A DNA stretch of 63,749 nt, filler included, from an uncultured bacterium (GTDB lineage Bacteria > CAYJRR01), in NCBI GenBank assembly GCA_964372275.1. It is 3 parts of 3 records of this genome, joined end to end, with 100 filler letters (N's around TTAATTAATTAA, not from the genome) between each part and the next. Parts side by side here need not be neighbours in the genome. Positions count along the whole stretch, not along the records: positions 31,801 to 63,749 come from CAYJRR010000048.1; 2 more parts are not named here. One strand, 5' to 3'. The notes below the pieces were generated by a model. That model saw nothing but the letters and a program-made list of their open reading frames with translations, did not search any database and had not been told where the DNA came from. How positions within the stretch are numbered: position 1 is the stretch's first letter; each line of letters starts with the position of its first letter. The position numbers were made by a program, and so were the translations under genes. This document shows positions 59,887-63,749 of this stretch, piece by piece.

Positions 59887-60413
59887 CGACCACCGACCTC
59901 CTCTTCACCTTCTTCGCCATGCTGGCGATGGTGCCGGCGATCCTCTGCGTGGGGTTCACCAAGAACATCGTTCGCGCCGCCTTCCTGCTGATGCTCAGCT
60001 TCTGGGGGGTGGCGGGGCTCTACGGGATGCTGGCCGCCGACTTCCTGATGGCGGTGCAGCTCATCGTCTACGTCGGCGGGATCCTGGTGCTGATCCTGTT
60101 CGGCGTGATGCTCTCGCGGCGGATGACGAATGCCGATCTTCCGGTGCACGTCGGTCCGTTCGGGAGCGCGCTTATCCTCGTGGTGGCGCTCGGATGGCTC
60201 TTGTGGGAGGTGATCTCCGGGACGCCCTGGGCGGCCAACGGCGCCCCGGCCGACGGCGCCACCCTCGACGCGATCGGCGACCTGTTCCTCGGCAAGTTCC
60301 TGCTGCCGTTCGAGGTGATCTCGCTCCTGCTCCTGGCGGCCCTGGTCGGCGCGGTGATCCTGACCCGCAAGGAGATCGGCGACCCGCAGGACGAGGGAGG
60401 AGCGCGGTCATGA
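59883..60413 (+). CDS. nuoJ: NADH-quinone oxidoreductase subunit J
   Basis: QLIVYVGGILVL, LLPFEVIS. Confidence 0.93.
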   Translation: MTTTDLLFTFFAMLAMVPAILCVGFTKNIVRAAFLLMLSFWGVAGLYGMLAADFLMAVQLIVYVGGILVLILFGVMLSRRMTNADLPVHVGPFGSALILVVALGWLLWEVISGTPWAANGAPADGATLDAIGDLFLGKFLLPFEVISLLLLAALVGAVILTRKEIGDPQDEGGARS

Positions 60414-60467
60414 CGCACGTGAGCCTGCATCCTGGCGGGGGGACGTCGTGACGCACTTGAGCCTGCA
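60410..60467 (+). repeat. Partial duplication of the nuoK 5' end, forming a 13-codon mini-ORF (60410-60451)
   Basis: tgacgcacgtgagcctgca versus tgacgcacttgagcctgca. Confidence 0.75.
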
Positions 60468-60777
60468 CTGTTTCCTCGCGGTCGGCGCGGTGCTGTTCCT
60501 GGCCGGGCTCTACGCGGTGATGACCCGCCGCAACGTCGTCTGGATCCTGATGGGGGTGGAGCTGATCCTGAACAGCGCCAGCCTCAACTTCACCGCCTTC
60601 AGCCGCTACCTCCGGCATCCGGCCGGAGTCGCCCCGGAGACGGGGATGATCGGATCGCTGTTCGTCATCATCCTGGCGGCGGCGGAGGCGGCGGTGGCGC
60701 TGGCGATCTTCCTCGGCATCTACCGGAACTTCCGCGGCACGATCCAGACCGACGACCTGGGGGAGCTCAAGGGATGA
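60448..60777 (+). CDS. nuoK: NADH-quinone oxidoreductase subunit K
   Basis: RRN..MGVELILN, AAAEAAVALA. Confidence 0.95.
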   Translation: MTHLSLHCFLAVGAVLFLAGLYAVMTRRNVVWILMGVELILNSASLNFTAFSRYLRHPAGVAPETGMIGSLFVIILAAAEAAVALAIFLGIYRNFRGTIQTDDLGELKG

Positions 60778-60802
60778 CCGCTCGTCGACGGACCTCGAAT
60801 CC

Positions 60803-63259
60803 ATGAACCTGGACGTGCAACGACACCTGCTTTTCCTGATTCCGCTGCTACCGGGACTGTCGGCGGCCGTCCTGGGCTTGACCTGGGCGGCAGGTCGGAA
60901 GCTCGAGCGGCCGACGGTGAACGCGCTCGCGCTGGGGTCGGTCCTTTCGTCCTTCGGTCTTTCGGTGCTGGCCGCCATGGAGCTGGCCGGGCTGCCGGCG
61001 GCGGAGAGGCATCTCACCAACCATCTCTGGAACTGGTTCACGGTCGGAGGACTCGGAGGCGCGGCGCCGCACGAGACGTTCACCGTCCCGTTCGCCTTCG
61101 AGGTCGATCCGCTCTCGGCCGTGATGATCCTGGTGGTCACCGGGATCGGTTTCCTGATCCACCTTTTTGCCACCTCCTACATGGAGGCCGACGAGGGGTA
61201 CCAGAAGTTCTTCTCCTACCTGAACCTGTTCATGTTCTCGATGCTGATCCTGGTTCTGGGGAACAGCTTCCTGACGATGTTCATCGGGTGGGAGGGGGTC
61301 GGGCTTTGCTCCTACCTCCTGATCGGCTTCTGGTACAAGGAGCTGCCCAACGCCCGCGCGGCGATGAAGGCGTTCGTCGTCAACCGCGTCGGAGACTTCC
61401 TCTTCATCACCGGTCTGCTCGCGCTCGTCTGGCTGGTCGGCCAGAGGACCGGCTTCTACTCGGTCGTCTTCCGCGACATGGCCGCGCACGCCCCGGTCTA
61501 CGCGGAGGCGCAGCGCACGGTGACCTTCCTCGGACTTCCGATCGTCACCTTCGCCACCTTGTGTTTCTTCGGCGGCGCGACCGGCAAGTCGGCGCAGATC
61601 CCGCTGTTCGTCTGGCTGCCGGACGCGATGGCCGGACCCACGCCGGTCTCGGCACTGATCCACGCCGCGACGATGGTCACCTCCGGGATCTACATGATCA
61701 CCCGGTTGAACTTCCTGTTCGACCTGGCGCCGGCGACGCTGTTGGTGGTCGGCACGGTCGGGGCGTTGACCGCGGTGATGGCGGCGGCGATCGGACTGTT
61801 CCAGTACGACATCAAGAAGGTTCTCGCCTACTCGACCGTCTCCCAGCTCGGCTACATGTTCCTGGGCTTGGGGACCGGCGCCTACGCGGCGGGGATGTTC
61901 CACGTCTTCACCCACGCCTTCTTCAAGGCGCTGATGTTCCTGGGCTCCGGCTCGGTGATCCATGCCATGCACCATGCCCTCCCGCACGGGGTCGATCCGC
62001 AGGACATGCGGAACATGGGCGGGCTGCGAAAGTTCATGCCGGTCACCTTTCTCACCTTCCTGGCGGGGTGGCTGGCGATCTGCGGGATCTTCCCGTTCTC
62101 CGGCTTCTGGTCGAAGGACGAGATCCTCTGGAAGGCGTTCGAGAAGGGGTGGTACGGGCACCAGAGTTGGTACTTCGTCCTCTACGCGCTGGGGCTCGCC
62201 GGCGCGGCGATGACCGCCTTCTACATGACCCGCCAGGTGGCGATGGTCTTCTTCGGCGACTACCGCGGGCGCAAGGTGGGCGAGGCGCATCGGAAGGCCC
62301 ACGCCCACCACGACGCGGATGCGCACGGGCATCACGCGCTGCACGATCCGCACGAGTCCCCCTCGGCGATCACCGTTCCGCTCCGGGTGCTCGCGGTCGG
62401 ATCGGTGCTCGTCGGTTTCCTCGGCGTCGGCGGCTGGTTCACGGCGTGGACCGGCGTGGCGAACCGATGGAACGCGTGGCTCGCGCCGGTCGTCGGCGGG
62501 GCCGCCCCTCACGCCGCGGTCGACGGCGACGAGGATCGCCGGACCGCGGAGGCGGCGGTCGAGACGCTGACGCTGCTCGCCGCCGGCGGCGAGCACGGGC
62601 ACGCCCGGGATCACGCCACCGACGCCGCTCATGCGGCGCCGGCGCACGCCGCGGCCGGCCACGAGGGTTCCCCTGCCGCCACGATCCGGTCCGGCCACGC
62701 TTCGGCATCGCACGGCGGCTCGGCGAGCGGCGGGGCGCACCACGCGCCGCCGCTCTTCGAGTTCGCCATGGCGCTTCTGTCGGTCGCCGTCGCCGTCCTC
62801 TCGATGCGGTTTGCGTGGAAGAACTACGTCCGTGAGCCGTCACGGCCGGCCGAACGGCTGGCGCGCTTCGGTCCCGGCGGGCGCGATGCGGCCTCCCTCG
62901 CCGGAAGGTTCTACCTCTTCGCCTACGAGAAGTTCCGCGTCGACGAGCTCTATCATGCCCTCTTCGTCGCCGGGACCCTCCTGTTGTCGCGGGTCTCGGC
63001 CAGGATCGACGCCGTCGTCGACTTCTTCGTGAACGCCACCGCCTCGGTGACGCTCGTCGTGCGGTGGATCGCCGGCAGGATCGACGCCTGGATCGTCGAC
63101 GGCCTGATCTTCGGCGGCGTGGCGCACCTCTCGGCCTGGGGGGGCCGCCACGTCCGCACCCTCCAGACCGGCGACCTGCAGAGCTATCTGCGGTGGGCCG
63201 GCTACGGCGCGTTGGCGTCGATCGGCACATACTTCTTCCTGGTCTTCTTCCAGTCTTAA
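60803..63259 (+). CDS. nuoL: NADH-quinone oxidoreductase subunit L with His-rich insertions
   Basis: GWEGVGLCSY, GKSAQIPL, DAMAGPTPVSALIHAATMV, HAFFKA, SKDEIL. Confidence 0.96.
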   Translation: MNLDVQRHLLFLIPLLPGLSAAVLGLTWAAGRKLERPTVNALALGSVLSSFGLSVLAAMELAGLPAAERHLTNHLWNWFTVGGLGGAAPHETFTVPFAFEVDPLSAVMILVVTGIGFLIHLFATSYMEADEGYQKFFSYLNLFMFSMLILVLGNSFLTMFIGWEGVGLCSYLLIGFWYKELPNARAAMKAFVVNRVGDFLFITGLLALVWLVGQRTGFYSVVFRDMAAHAPVYAEAQRTVTFLGLPIVTFATLCFFGGATGKSAQIPLFVWLPDAMAGPTPVSALIHAATMVTSGIYMITRLNFLFDLAPATLLVVGTVGALTAVMAAAIGLFQYDIKKVLAYSTVSQLGYMFLGLGTGAYAAGMFHVFTHAFFKALMFLGSGSVIHAMHHALPHGVDPQDMRNMGGLRKFMPVTFLTFLAGWLAICGIFPFSGFWSKDEILWKAFEKGWYGHQSWYFVLYALGLAGAAMTAFYMTRQVAMVFFGDYRGRKVGEAHRKAHAHHDADAHGHHALHDPHESPSAITVPLRVLAVGSVLVGFLGVGGWFTAWTGVANRWNAWLAPVVGGAAPHAAVDGDEDRRTAEAAVETLTLLAAGGEHGHARDHATDAAHAAPAHAAAGHEGSPAATIRSGHASASHGGSASGGAHHAPPLFEFAMALLSVAVAVLSMRFAWKNYVREPSRPAERLARFGPGGRDAASLAGRFYLFAYEKFRVDELYHALFVAGTLLLSRVSARIDAVVDFFVNATASVTLVVRWIAGRIDAWIVDGLIFGGVAHLSAWGGRHVRTLQTGDLQSYLRWAGYGALASIGTYFFLVFFQS

Positions 63260-63275
63260 GGTGGGGTACTACGCG

Positions 63276-63749
63276 ATGTCGCTCGACCTGCAGTCCCACG
63301 TGCTGACCTTCCTGGTCTTCTTCCCGGCGATCGTGGCGCTGGGTCTCCTGTTCGTCCCCTCCACGGCCGACCGGGAGATCAAGGCGATCACCGCCGGCGC
63401 CACCGGGATCCTGCTCCTGGTCTCGACCTGGCTGCTCATCGCCTTCGAGCGCGACGCGGCCGGGTACCAGTTCGTCGAGAAGGTCGACTGGATCCCGATG
63501 TTCAACATCCAGTACTTCGTCGGAGTCGACGGGATCTCGATCTCGCTCGTCTTCCTGACAGCGTTGATCTCGTTCCTGGCCACCTTCGCCTCCTTCGGCA
63601 TCGACAAGATGGTCAAGGGGTACTTCATCCTCTACCTGTTGCTGACGACAGGGATGATGGGGGTCTTCTGCGCCCTCGACTTTTTCCTCTTCTTCGTCTT
63701 CTGGGAGGTGATGCTCCTCCCGATGTACTTCCTGATCGGGATCTGGGGC
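63276..63749 (+). CDS. nuoM: NADH-quinone oxidoreductase subunit M (3' truncated by window edge)
   Basis: YFVGVDGIS, LDFFLFFVFWEVMLLPMYFLIGIWG. Confidence 0.94.
   Translation, partial: MSLDLQSHVLTFLVFFPAIVALGLLFVPSTADREIKAITAGATGILLLVSTWLLIAFERDAAGYQFVEKVDWIPMFNIQYFVGVDGISISLVFLTALISFLATFASFGIDKMVKGYFILYLLLTTGMMGVFCALDFFLFFVFWEVMLLPMYFLIGIWG

Overview
Very GC-rich (roughly 70% by eye) chromosomal DNA from what looks like a Myxococcota/deltaproteobacterial genome bin. It is three contigs joined by artificial 100-nt linkers (N44-TTAATTAATTAA-N44 at 13866-13965 and 31701-31800), so adjacency across the linkers is not biological. Segment 1 holds thrS-infC-rpmI-rplT-pheST-ihfA-merR-tRNA-Pro, a PilZ/pseudo-receiver sigma54 activator with a downstream sigma54-promoter ORF, and surE-pcm-apt-hydroxylase-tRNA-Arg-xerD-mnmA. 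Segment 2 holds a peptide ABC transporter, dacB, an SLT-LysM transglycosylase, a repeat lipoprotein, moaB, a PHP gene, iorAB, two beta-barrels, a MopE-motif protein, a multicopper oxidase and an ABC/transglutaminase cluster. Segment 3 holds groES/groEL, a hypothetical gene pair, a lipid-carrier glycosylation cluster, ilvA, rluA, hutH, a DsrEFH-like trio, csp, a PP2C-cNMP phosphatase, gpsA, a PulE/PilB ATPase, an AgmC-like lipoprotein, an M3 peptidase and a nuo operon lacking nuoB and nuoEFG. I found no CRISPR array, rRNA, prophage or transposase. The least expected signals are: (i) a ~38-bp palindromic repeat family present both between genes and in frame inside several proteins, (ii) a second heptamer-flanked MITE-like element in two copies, (iii) many genes with a -10 box only 6-12 nt before the start codon and no SD, and (iv) the PilZ-bEBP/sigma54 target module. 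All calls come from reading motifs by eye; no database search was run.
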